Source of the DNA: Takakia lepidozioides
Taxonomy: Eukaryota > Plantae > Bryophyta
NCBI GenBank assembly: GCA_030704615.1
Contig: CM060733.1
Span: forward strand, 40,796,001-40,860,000
Reading direction: 5' to 3'
Length of the DNA: 64,000 nucleotides
Shown here: in pieces, positions 1 to 12,300 of the stretch
Position numbering within the stretch: position 1 is the first letter of the stretch
Layout: each line of letters begins with the position of its first letter
Notes under the pieces: generated by a model
The model's input: only the letters and a program-made list of their open reading frames with translations
The model's database searches: none
What the model was told of the DNA's origin: nothing
Program-made: the position numbers and the translations under genes

Positions 1-420
1 CAATCCTTCCCGTGCTCATTGATCCCCCAGAATGTCGTCTTCTGCTTATCCGCCTCCTTGATCGGCAACTGGTGATATCCGGATCGTAAATCCAAAGTGC
101 TAAAGACCTTGACATGCCCAATGGCATCAAAGATCTCCTTTGATGTTGGCATGGCATACCTATCGGACTTGGTCTGATGATTTACAGGCCGGTAATCACC
201 GCACATACGTCTCTCCGTCCAATTGCCATAGACATCCTTCTTGGCTGGCATCACTGTGGCTGAAGCATACTCTCCACCAGATAGCTCCACCAAACCAGCC
301 TCCTAGAGGTCCTGAGTCCTCATCTGAATCAAGGACCTCTCCATAGGATCTCATATCAACCTGCTGAAAGCTCTACTGGTGCCTTTCGTTGCACTCAACT
401 TGTCCGGCTTCTTGTTTGGA
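1..420 (-). mobile_element. Ty3/Gypsy reverse transcriptase fragment (continues beyond left window edge)
   Basis: Minus strand translates AGLVELSGGEYASATVMPAKKDVYGNWTERRMCGDYRPVNHQTKSDRYAMPTSKEIFDAIGHVKVFSTLDLRSGYHQLPIKEADKQKTTFWG, the N-terminal half of a Gypsy RT (DLRSGYHQ motif). Confidence 0.9.
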
Positions 421-445
421 TGACAACTTCGTGAGATTGGAGGTC

Positions 446-850
446 TTAATTTTCGGGGTTGTTGTGTAGGGATTGCCGGTCCTCAACGCACAATCGTCTT
501 TCTCCCTCAGCCATTTTGAACAAGACCATGACTAAGTATCCCAGCCACGGAGAGTGGGCCAGGTACATCAGACCATCAACGTCAATTATTATCAAAGCTA
601 ATTCTGTTCGCAGCTCCACCATTGCAGGCCGGTTTGTCAATGGAGCTAGCTATTCGTCCTCCATTGGTGCCGATACCATATCCAGCCTGATTAATGAAAA
701 TGAAATGACGGCTTGCTCCATTTAGCTCTCTCATGGCCGCTGCTCTTGTTAAAGATCCCGTAACAGCCCCATAGTAGCTTAGATGGATGCTAGCACGATC
801 TTTTTCACCAATAATCAACTTTGAACAAGCCACGCCCCATTCTCATTCAC
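446..850 (-). mobile_element. Second, highly decayed Gypsy RT N-terminal remnant
   Basis: ...PAMVELRTELALIIIDVDGLMYLAHSPWLGYLVMVLFKMAEGERRLCVEDRQSL resembles the Gypsy ELRKQLDELL..GLI..S.SPW..PVLFV.K.DG..RLCVDYR pattern. Confidence 0.55.
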
Positions 851-2229
851 ACATAGTCACGAGTTCAAAAATGATTTGAGGAGACCATGAACTACAGAAC
901 TGATCAGCCGCACGCCACATGCCTAGTCCACTTTCAAGTGATTTTGTGTCATACCCAAATATTAGCAATCAACATCAGAATTCGACCCCTTTGCACCAGG
1001 GTTTTGGAGCTCCGGTTACGGAAGAGCCTGCTAATCACAATTCGCCTCCCTGCAATATTAACTGGCACGCCACATCTTAGCCCGCTCATGGAGCTCCGGA
1101 GTATGAGAGCATCTTACATGTCGATGAACAGCCGACTGGCTTTGTTGCCCCCTCCCTCATGTTTGGGCGGACAGCCAAGTAGTCCGTATAGCAGCTCGAA
1201 GTTGGAAATGACTCGTCCCAAAAATCACATAGTTGAGAGCTTGACCAACTGTATGCATACGGCTGGAAGATGTCTGGGCCACTTACGAGCTGGGCCCTCT
1301 ATGACAGACTTTGCCTAGGGAAGGATTACTTACGTAATCAGACTACTGACGGAAGGAGGTTTCGAAGGAGTGTACAGACAAACATTAGGCTTGGCACCCA
1401 GTGAACAACCTCTCAAGACATCTGGTTGCTATTTGTCCAATTCGACTACTCCCGTTGCTGGCACACTATACATCTTTCAGCCTTTGATCCAGAAACCTCA
1501 CTCAATATAGATTATCTTATTTGCAGCTCCACGGTCAGGCAGGCTGTCCGTGGTTTCTCTTCATAAACCAGTCGTGCCAACTTCGGCCAGACACACCGTT
1601 GGCAGCTTAAGTCAGCCTTATGATGGCAACAACGATGACAAAGCTGATAGACAGTAGAAGGCTTCACCGCGCTTTCTAACCATCGCTCCAGTGACGAAAC
1701 TTGACGTCTTTCTAACTAAAGATTACCTGAACACAGATAATCACTTCTCTGTCTCCAACCAGCTTGTCACAAACATAATTTACAGACCACCATAATTTTC
1801 TTCTCTCACTTTCAAAACAAAAACCACAAGTGCTAAAACTAAACTCACCTCTAGCACTCACAGATGCAAATTCATCTCTTTCGAGTGATATGAAAACTAA
1901 AATCACACTGTTGACACCGAAAAACGAAATGCAACACCATCACTCGTTAAACTAAGAGTCGAGCCAAGGGCACCCCAAGCTATGGGGACTCCACCCCACA
2001 ACATCATATTCTCCCTTCATAAGCACACTCAGATTCTAAGCAGTGAAGGAGCTCGGTCGTGTAGGCTCAACTCGAGAGAGATGAGCCGCACGACTGACGC
2101 TCTCGTGAAGATAAGATGGTTCAGGTGTCATGCTAAACTTGACACCTGACTTAATACTTGAACTAAATCCAAGTGTTAAATACAAATAACTATCTTTATT
2201 CTAGTTAGTTTCACCCTGTGTTTATTTAA

Positions 2230-3790
2230 CTTGACAAACCCTAAACATTTACCCTTAACCCAATACCCCATAACCCTTACCCTTCCCTTTGCAAATGGGA
2301 ATCAACTATCCATACCATAACCATAACCATTTTGATTATCCAAATCTCTTCAATGTATCCAAATTTTCATTTTGTACCCTACTAACACACACTGAGTTGT
2401 AGCGAGTACGAGTCTTCCGGCATGTATGCTCACCATTTCTGCCTTCAATCCAAACCCTAAACCCTCGTCGGAAACCCTAAACAAAACCCTACGCCATTGT
2501 TACGTCTAAACCCTTACCCTTCCCCTGCAAATGGGAATGAAGTATCCATACCATAACCATAACTATTATGGTTATTCAAATCTCTTCGCCCTTCACTTTG
2601 CGCAAGGTTTTGCCTTTGGTTTGGATTGACATGCACTTATCTTTTTTATCGAACTTTGCTTTCTATGTATCTTAATACCAGGTTCCAAGGACGAGTCTTT
2701 CATTTAAATACTTGTCTGATGCAATGACTACACTTCCATAATATTAGGTTATTCATTTTTATTTTGCTTACTACCCTACTAACAACACTAAATTGTAGCG
2801 ACTGAAGTCTTCCATAAGTGTTTGTCTATTTTGTAACTTAAACAAAAACCCTAAATCCCTACCCTAAACCAGACTTACTATAAAACACTAAACATTTACC
2901 CTTAAGCCATTACCCCAGAACCCTTACCCTTGCCTTTGCAAATGGGAATCAACTATCCATACCATAACCATTATGGTTATCAAAATCTCTTCAATGTTAC
3001 ATCCAAATTCTCATTTTGTACCCTACTAACACACACTAAGTTGTAGCGAGTGCGAGTCTTCCGGCATGTACGCTCACCATTTCTGCCTTCAACCCAAACC
3101 CTTAACCCTCGTCGGAAACCCTAAACAAAACCCTACGCCATTGTTACGTCTAAACCTTTACCCTTCCCCTGCAAATGAGAATGAAGTATCCATACCATAA
3201 CCATATGTATCTTAAGATATCTTAATATCCAGGTTCCAAGGACAAATCATCAATCTAAATACTTTTTCGGCCCAATGACTCTTCCATAATATTTGTTTCT
3301 CCATTTTTATTTTTATTTTTTATCCTACTAACACACACCAAGTTCTAGCGAGTGTGAGTCTTCCATATTTGTTTGTCCATTTGTACCTTAAACCCAAATC
3401 GAAAACCCTACCTTTACCATCACCCCTAAACCATTAATCTTACCATAAACCAATAATTTTAGTGTACTATCCTAGTTACACTCCAAACCTTATTGTACTA
3501 CCATGTTACATCTTCTCAATGTTTCATGCTCTTTTAATATTTTCTTTTGTTGGATAAGGTATGATAGAATGATTACAGGGATATCAAATTCCTCAACCAT
3601 TTCTTAATTCTACCGAGTGTGAGTCCATCATATTTGTTTGTCCCTTTGTACCCTAAATCCAAACCCTAAACCCTTACCCTTATTGTAAACCCAAACCTTA
3701 TTGCACTTCTCTCTAGTTACACCCCAAACCTTATTGTACTACCCTAGTACCTCTTCCGAATGTTTCATGCTATTCTAATATTTTATTGCC
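2230..3790. repeat. Degenerate higher-order tandem repeat rich in telobox-like AAACCCT(AA) motifs
   Basis: Block cccttacccttcccYtgcaaatgggaat...tatccataccataaccat recurs at about 2274, 2511, 2921 and 3155. Block ccctactaacacacact.agttgtagcgagt..gagtcttcc recurs at about 2377, 2774, 3021, 3323 and partially 3611. The super-period is about 645 bp. Confidence 0.85.
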
Positions 3791-6121
3791 CTTATCACAT
3801 CCAAAACATGATTCATTCCAATGGCGTGGTGTGTGAACATTGTGCTTGATATGAAGATTCAATCAATAAAATTACTAGCAAGTTGTATCGAGTATGGTAG
3901 AGTAGGAGTCTACCCCATGTTCGATGCGACCCATTTGTTTATCGTGATCCTGCAATGGAATATTACATTATTCACTTCCAAGTGGACGTTCAATGAATTG
4001 TTCAATACTGCTACTTCACATTGAGCACTTCAATGTCAAATGGACCTCTTATATGACACATTTTGAAACAAGTATGAAATCACCTGTAATTTCACAAAGT
4101 TCAATCACACATTACACCATGATATTATTAATATATATTAAGTTTAGTCCGGATTTAAGCCAAAAGTCCAGAATTAATTAAAATAGCGTTCCTTGAACGT
4201 AACCGCTTTTGGTGTCTTATTATGGTACCTTTTTAAGGTTCTTTCCTGAACGTTATCGGCTGGTCATGTACCATAATGCGTCACCGAGGACCTACTAATA
4301 TAGACCGTCAGATCGTCGCATATATGTGTCATATCACCATATCCAGTAGATCGTAGCCGTTTGTACTATGTAGTACTGTTGATCAATAGTGGGGAGACAC
4401 CGGTTACGCTCTGGAATGGGTCCGGTGGAGTCCGTTCCACCTACAGCCACGTTCCTAGGTGGAATGGGCCCTACCGGACCCGTTCCCTAGTACATAAGAG
4501 TCTGCTGGGAAATTCCCTTTCCAGCGGCGCATACGGCCCTGATTTCATAATGGGGGCAGGCCTCTGAATTTTTGTGTGGCCTCGTCGTAATGAGGCCACA
4601 CATAGCATAGGGGACAAGGACAGGGCCCTACTACATTTAACCCGTCCCTATTACCCTGTTTCTTTTATATATGCAACAAACTCCGTAGTTTGTTGGCATA
4701 GCGGAGGGTGTGGAGGGTGTGGTCTGGTGGTAGGTGGCTGGTGTTACAGCCACAGAGGTTTGGAGTTTCACTCCCAGAAAGAATCAGAATCTTATGGTGG
4801 CTGGTGCAGACTAATAACTACCTCCATGGAGGTTGTTTGTAACTAGTCTCATGCAGGTAGTTCAGCCTGTTGTAGCAACTACCTTCATGTAGGAAATCTT
4901 AAAACAACTTACATGGAGGTAGTTGTAAATTTTATAAGCCAAAAATATCAAAGTCCTTAGCGCATGGAGGTACTTAGTTTGGCGGACCCCATCAGCCGGC
5001 CAGCCTAATTAGGGCAGGAGACGTCTCACATTAGGTCAATTTCTTTCTGGATGACTTCCCTGGATTGACCTCAGGGCCTGCCCGAATGAATTTTACCTCT
5101 TACTTCAAAAAAAGCAAGCAAAATAGTAAAGTATAAAGTTTGGGCAGCGGAAGTGATTGAAAAATCCAAAAACTTGAGAAAATCCGAGCCCACGTGCCCA
5201 AGGCCAAGTTAGTCGCTGAAACGGACGTGTAATTTGTTTGTTCCATTGCTAGGCAAGATTCACTGCTCCGGTGCGGAATCCGTCTACCGCAAAATGCCAA
5301 GACAAGTAACTAACGGACGGTTGACAAACGGCAATTGATAGATGCCCGGCACTTGCCGGATTTTAGTCGCCGGATCACTGGCTTTGTCGTGCTGTATATT
5401 CTGGGCTTTGTTTTGAGGCATAATCCGTTATTTTATTTTATTTTATTTTATTTTAAGAACAGGGGGATTGAATCCAATCCGTTTTAGAGGCACATGAAGT
5501 TTTACCCATTTGTATAGTAGGTCTTTTTATAACGCTACGCAAGGTTCATTTTATTTTTGCATATTTGCCCGCTTGCCTTTGTAATAAGGCCCATTGTCAA
5601 TGTGCAGCGAATCATAGGCTGCAGTGCTGCCCGTTATGCTTTGCCGTGGTTGCCAGTTTGTCTTTGTAAAGAGACAATTAAGATCACGGGCGCAGAGAGA
5701 AGACTCCGGTCAGCTGACCGGTGTAACTAAGAGCCACTTCACCTTGCGGTGCTAAGATCATAGGCGCATAATCTTCCCGGAAATTCCTTATGGTGAAATT
5801 CCAAGTCCCGCCCGGCTCAGCCAAAGTTATTCGACATCGGTGGAGCATTGCCGACCGATGACATATGGCATGTCACTTTTATGTGGGGAGGTTGCAGCCG
5901 GTCACTATGCATCCCCGCGCGCTTTGATATCTGTAGTAGTTTGGGGTTCAAATTTAGCTGCAGCTCATCGTTAGGGTGATGTCTCCCTTGTGTATGCCTA
6001 TGGGTAATATAAAAGGGAGTTAAAAGTTCTCTCCTCTCTTTAATGTGAGTTACTGTATGCTTTCTCTTCAAAAACATTTTGAGTGTGAGGTGGCTCTTAG
6101 TTACGGCGGCCTCGGCCGGAG

Positions 6122-6122
<1 letters not shown>

Positions 6123-6157
<35 letters not shown>
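6123..6157 (+). repeat. (CT)n microsatellite
   Basis: Direct reading of the ctctct run. Confidence 0.95.
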
Positions 6158-6162
<5 letters not shown>

Positions 6163-6675
6163 AGTACTTGCTTCCCCGTAGGTACAATGCGTTGGTAACC
6201 CAGTACAGCAGGTCAAAATGGTTTATCGATCGTCGGCATGAACTCTGGCGCCGAATTCCCATGTATCGCGCGGGTCAGTGTCGGCCACTGATATTCTGTA
6301 AGCCACTGAAAATTAGCGCATTGAAGCATGTTGTTGTTGTTTTTGTCCTGCAGTGCAATCTTGGCTGACCACCAAGACATGGAACTTGGCCTGTAATGTG
6401 ATGGAAAGTTGGCGGCGGCTTGCCCATTCCATAGTAGGTTACGGATCAATACCAATTAGTTATCTAAACTAGCAGGATTGAGTGTCGGAATGCTCGCTTG
6501 GCTTTTCGTAGAGGGTAGAGCATCCCTACAAGGTGTTTCGCGTGTTTGTATTAGGTCAAGTCCTGCATTGAGGACTTTAGCTCATGTAAAAAACTCAAAA
6601 TATTTTTTGAACCGTCGATGTTTTTCTGGACGGTTCGGATCTGATTATGGCGATAAGCCCATGGGCTTCACCCAA

Positions 6676-7195
6676 TAACCATGAACACCCAGGGAAATTA
6701 CGAAATTCAGTGGCCCTCCAAAAACACACTTGAAAAAATTCTCTCATTCTAATCTCTCACTATATATTCTCTCATTTCTACTCACTCTACTAATTTAGCT
6801 ATGGTCCTTTTTGGGGCCTTGGAGGGAGCCCCCTAAATACTAACTAAAATAATTAATATATCTGTATAGTAGTGAGGTAGTGAGGGGAGCACCCCCTTAT
6901 ATAGGCCTGGGAGGCGGCAGCAGACTTCCAGTAGACCCAGCGAGGCGGTGGTGGGGCCTTCCATAAGACCCTAGAGACACCCCACTCCTACCCTACCCCA
7001 CCCTTTGACACGTTTCCACTAATTCTAACCCAACAAAACCTCTAATCCTAACCTAGCATTGGCTGCTCCAATGGTGGGCCTATTTCCTTACCTTCTATAA
7101 ATAAAACATTCCCTCCCCCTCTTTCTAGGTGTCCCTAGAGCCTGGGCCTACCCGTCTACTCAACAACCCCCCCTTTTCTCTCGCATTCATTGTTA
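6676..7195. mobile_element. Solo-LTR-like insertion, about 520 bp
   Basis: Terminal inverted repeat taaccatgaa...ttcattgtta. Flanked by direct repeat acccaa (6670-6675 and 7196-7201). Internal TATA-like motifs (cttatatagg, ctataaata). Confidence 0.6.
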
Positions 7196-8620
7196 ACCCA
7201 AGGCCTTTACGTTCAGACTCAAGGATTCCCTGAATAACAGTGTTGTTGCCTTCTCCTGAGTTACTATTCGAACCAATGTTTTGTGGTAGAAGTTCTCAAA
7301 AACTCTTTTGACAAATCATTGTTTTAGATATTATTTCCAAAGAGAGCCTTTGCTCCAGGTTTCTAATGTAGAAGGGGGGGGGAGAGAACCCTAAAAGAAT
7401 CGTAGTATAGCACGATGCACCCATACGTGTCTTTCCCCTACCTCTCCGGCCCTCCACTTCAATCGTGCTAGCTAGTCAGTGGTCACTCGCCGATTTTCCT
7501 TGATTGAAACTTGGGTTTACATATTAGGAGGTTTTTACGTTTTTACAAACGAGAGAAGCCGTGAGGCACGGAGTAGGGGTGCTTTACCCGGTGTAAAGAA
7601 ATTTCTAAATTTTAGAAAATCTTTGCCACATGGCACGATTTTTGTTGGCAAGGTCCTTTGCGAGGGCCATTTTTGGGGTGCTCTTTGGATCATTGCAGTC
7701 GCCGTTTTCTTGTATCAAATTGTTTCCATGTCCTTTGTGTAGATGGTCTCACTTATTTGAGGCTACTCCATTTTATCTCTACCATTCATCTTTTTGCTAT
7801 AAGCTTATTCAACAAATTGTTGATAAGCATCAGACTTTAATAGAAGCTCTACGTGAGCAGATTTCTGACCGAAACTCACTTCTTTTTTTTTTCTTTTTTT
7901 TTAAAATTTTTTTTTAGAAGAGGGGCGGAGGCCTCAGAATTTTATAAATAAAGGACATGAAAGTCCGAAAAATACAATAGGGCGAAATAACGGCGATGAA
8001 CATGATGAACATAACAAAAGGAGTTCGCTACGAGAGAACCAAGAGGAAAAAATAACCTCTTTCAAGGGTGCCATGGAGGCTGATCCAGGAAAGCTATGCT
8101 TCGTGACCAACAAACCAAAGAGGGGGAAAGAACTCACTTCTTCTTGTGTTCCAAAATTGAATGGAAAGAACTCTTTCTACACATTGAAACAAAGAAACTC
8201 TTCTAAAAGAAAACGAAAATACATGTGGAGTGCAGTTACAAACCCACGGTTCAGGAGGGTTCCTTTATGTGTGGTAACCACACTCAAAATACAAAAGGCA
8301 ATTTTCTGAAAAATTCTTTACGGGTTGCTAATAATAATTATTCTTATTAGGAAATATTATCAAATCTCGAGAAATGTTTATATAAAAAAGACGAAAGATG
8401 AAATGAAAATGGAAAACATTAGGGTGTGAAAGATCGGAAAGCAAAGAATGTGGTAGTGAGGGCATTCCTGTAATTTAATGCGCTCCCAAAATGTTTGCCA
8501 CAAATTCTGCAATTTCTGAACCAAGTTCAGTTACAATGGATCCTTGGGTTTCCCACACACGTACATTTCGGGATGGCCACGTAACCATCTAATTCTATGC
8601 ATATATTTATATATATGATA

Positions 8621-8659
8621 GGGAAACACCTGGGAGCGACAGCTCACAAATCAGGCCCT
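8621..8659 (-). mobile_element. 5'-truncated SINE 3' tail
   Basis: Reverse complement gggcctgatttgtgagctgtcgctcccaggtgtttcc nearly matches the 3' end of the SINE at about 18772-18808; followed by an AT-rich tail. Confidence 0.75.
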
Positions 8660-9315
8660 GAACTGCGAAAATAACCTCTTTTACAGTAACCTCGTCGTGA
8701 AGGCTTTCGCATAGGATACCGCCCAAGGGAAGGGGGAGAAAAACATACCAGTTAACTGCGGTCAAAACAGGGAATAATTTGTTGTCTGTGCCGGAGTTTG
8801 GGTAAGTAGATCTTAAGTATGTCCCACGACCTACATGGTCTGCTTGATCGCTACGGAGTTCTGCTCAAGGTCTCTTCAAATTCATACTGGAACCCAGGAG
8901 CACATGAATATGCTGAAATTGATTCAATTGCATGCACACAGGATGACGCTGTCTTATGTCGAGACATAAGATGCTCTCGACTATGTCTATCTTGAGGGCC
9001 CAGGAAAAATGGGATCAGAATTTACGTGCAGAGTTCAGATTTTTGCCTGTGCTCCTGCTATATAACGTATGAATTGGAGACAGTTCATCGTGCTTGTGTG
9101 TCCCGGCTCCAGCGGCCGGAGCTACTTGCCTCTCTGCCAACAGCTGCTCAAGTTGCCCTCCTGATCTCTCATGAGTACATCTCTGTTGCAGACTGTCTCA
9201 TAGCTGTGCATCGTGTTGCATGGATCACAGGTGTACGTGAGCACAGGTGAAGCTGGGGTCCAGCTCTTAAGGATCATCGGTTAACGTACTGAAGAGCTAA
9301 CCACAGTGCAAAACC

Positions 9316-12300
9316 ATGGCAGATGTTGCGATCGCGTTAGCAATTGGCTTGGGGCCGCTGGTGCTGTTGGTGATGGCAATCAACTGGGCTGTGTTCAGTC
9401 CACGCAAACCTGTGGTCAAGGATGGCCTAGTAATCCCAAGTGGCAACTGGAGTCTGCCCATTATTGGGGAGAGCTTGAAATTCTTGTACTCACACCCCGA
9501 TGACTTCACCAAGGAGCGCCAGGAAAAGTGAGACCATGTATAATCGGTCTTTGTCGATATTGTGAAATACATATAGAGTGACATCTAGAACTTTAGCTCC
9601 GTTGGGATGTAGGTCTGATCTAGAGCTCGCTCTACCTTGGTAACTGTACATTATGTCCTGCCCCGGTTTCTTGGGCCCGGTTGGCTACAGACCCTTCGTA
9701 CAAATGAGAAGGTGTCTAGATCATCTAGATGGATGTCACGTGTAATCTTTTATTCAAAATTATGCTACTTTACAAAGTATACTGCAGGACAGAGAGCAAA
9801 AACCAACTTGTTCCCAACTTCAGATTCATATCTAGTCCTGGTCTGCCAAATGCTGCAGGTATGGAGATGAGTTCCAGAGCTGTGTTGAAGGGGGGCCCAC
9901 TATTTTCACTACAACCGCCGAAGGTGCCAAGTTTGTGCTTGCCACCGGTGACAAATTGTTCAGAAGTTCCTACCCCGGTAACTTGGTTGAGATTCTGAAC
10001 CATCCACCTTTGGAAGGCCCAAAGTATAGTCTTACCACCAGGACAGTCCGCGGAGCACTACAACCAGACCTTGTGGCAAAGTGCGTTCCCAATATTGAGA
10101 GCATCATCCACTGGATCATGAAGTCATGGGACGATGGCAAGGAAATCAGCTCCTCGCGTGAGATGACCAACGTTCGTATGCTGAGCCGTATTCAATCTTT
10201 GAACTTTCACGACTTTCCATTAAATTTATATGCATCAGGACATTCTGTGCATGTCCATGTGGATATCATGGGCCCTATGATATGTACAGGTGCCAATTGG
10301 CCGTCTGTTTTCTCATGTGTTGTCTACCAAGCTGATGATCTGTCTTAGTCGATGTGTATAGATCTATTCAACCCATGCATCTGACCACTCCGCATGCATA
10401 TTGTTTTTGACATTTCCTGCTACTGTACTGGGTGCGTGCAGATAATGTTTCAAACAGCCATGACCTTCCTCTGCGGTGTACCTCACGGCAGCGAGGAGCT
10501 GAAAGGCATGCTCCCTGATTTTGAGAAGTATGGAGACGGAGTGCTCGCAGCCCCCCTTAAAGTCCCTGGCACGAAGTTTTACAACACGCTCCGGGTGATT
10601 CTCAGCGCACTGACAGTTGATAGATATTGATCATCACTCAATTTTATTTGAATAGTCGAACGATTTACAGAGCGCAACTAATGACGCATAATTGAAGTGT
10701 TCAGTTAGTTGATACTTCGGCGGCAGCTGTTTCCTTTGCACGCAAAGGGTGCGTGGAATAGGATTAGACAGCGCTGATCAGCATTTTCCACCTTGTATAT
10801 TTGCACTCGTTCTTAAGGGGTGTCGGCACATTCTTGACCTGTATCCCCGGTGTAGTAGCTGGCCTCCAATCTGTGGTGCCACAGGTTGGCAGGATTATGA
10901 AAAGACAAGACTTCAAAATAGTTTGCAAGGCTATCAGTGCTAGTCCTTGAAAGGACCTGGATGGTCACCTCACCAAGCACTCGGTATCTCAATAAGTGTT
11001 AGAGAAACGTGTTAAATGGACAAGCAGAAGAAGAGACATTTTGAGCCTATAGTTATTGAAGTGAGGACTGCGAACGTTATGTCTGAGTGCAGGCCAGAGA
11101 CAGATTCTCCGCCAGACTGGACGAGATCATCGAAAGAAGGGCGAAAGGCGAATCTCCAGCTATTTCTTACGAGCACAATGTGCTCGATGGGTTCCTTAAA
11201 GCACCGCTCTTGGATGATGGCACCAAAATGTCGCATCTGGACATGAGGAACGTCCTTATCGCACTTTGTTTTGCTGGCCATACCACCTCGTTCTTCCTCA
11301 CCTGGCTGACCAAGTACGTCACCGAGAATCCCGACGTTCTCGCAGCCCTCAAGGTAACTAACCTGGATGGCTCATGTTTCGATGTTGCTCCCTGCGAAAA
11401 TTGCTTCAAATTTTGAATCAACAACCTCACGCCATATCATGTATATGCCATATCATGTCAAATTTTGAGTTCCAGGTTTCACATCGGACTCGGTCATAAA
11501 CAGAGCACTCAGTTCTTGGGTGTAACATAAGTTAATCAATTGTGAATTCTAGATTATGTACAACCTTACAGGTCGCCTGGTAATTCGAAGGGTTGATCGT
11601 GCAGATGAGTCTCCTTACCTACCCGTATCGTGGTAAGATGGTCGCTGTTTCGTGGCTGTGGGATTGGTCAACAAAAGTACTACAGAGACAGAGACTGATT
11701 TGAGAGTGTTGTCGCTGATGACAGAAAGAGCATACAGCAATCCGGGAGGGGAAGAGATCATCCGTGGAGCCATTGACATGGGAGGACTACAAGACCAAGA
11801 TGCCATATACCCAACTGGTGAAACTTTCTCGGCCATCAATTTACCCAAGAGTGGAACTAGGACCTTCTCTCCTGTCGTCATTAACTCTCGAGTGAAATGT
11901 TGAATTTGTGCTGGTCGTAGCTAGTCCTTGAACCAGGCGCTATCAGAGACTTCAAGAGCCTTATCCCCTGATGGTGGTGGGGCTGGCCAGTCGGCTCTTC
12001 TCGATCCGTCGAGACCCAACGCTCGGTCCAGGCCGTGGGGGTTCTGAAGGGGTTTACTTTTAAAGTAATTATACGTACGGCTGAGTTGGTGAGTTAGTGC
12101 ATGTATAACTAGTCTGGACAGGAGAAATATGTTTTGGACCTGTAATAGATATTCTGAGTATTGTTCTAGACTCCTCATACCTGGGAGTACATAAATGCAG
12201 GTCATTTTGGAGACTTTGAGGCTTGCTAATGTCACGACCTTGATCCCCCGGAAAACTATCCAAGACGTTGAATACAAGGGTGAGTTCGAATTCCTTCAGG

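Noticed and set aside
2230-3790. True telomere or interstitial telomeric array
   Set aside because: AAACCCT motifs are dispersed within longer units and never form a long perfect tandem run.
5800-6460. miRNA or small-peptide gene behind a TATA-like motif and CT repeat
   Set aside because: No conserved miRNA recognised, no long hairpin and no convincing ORF.
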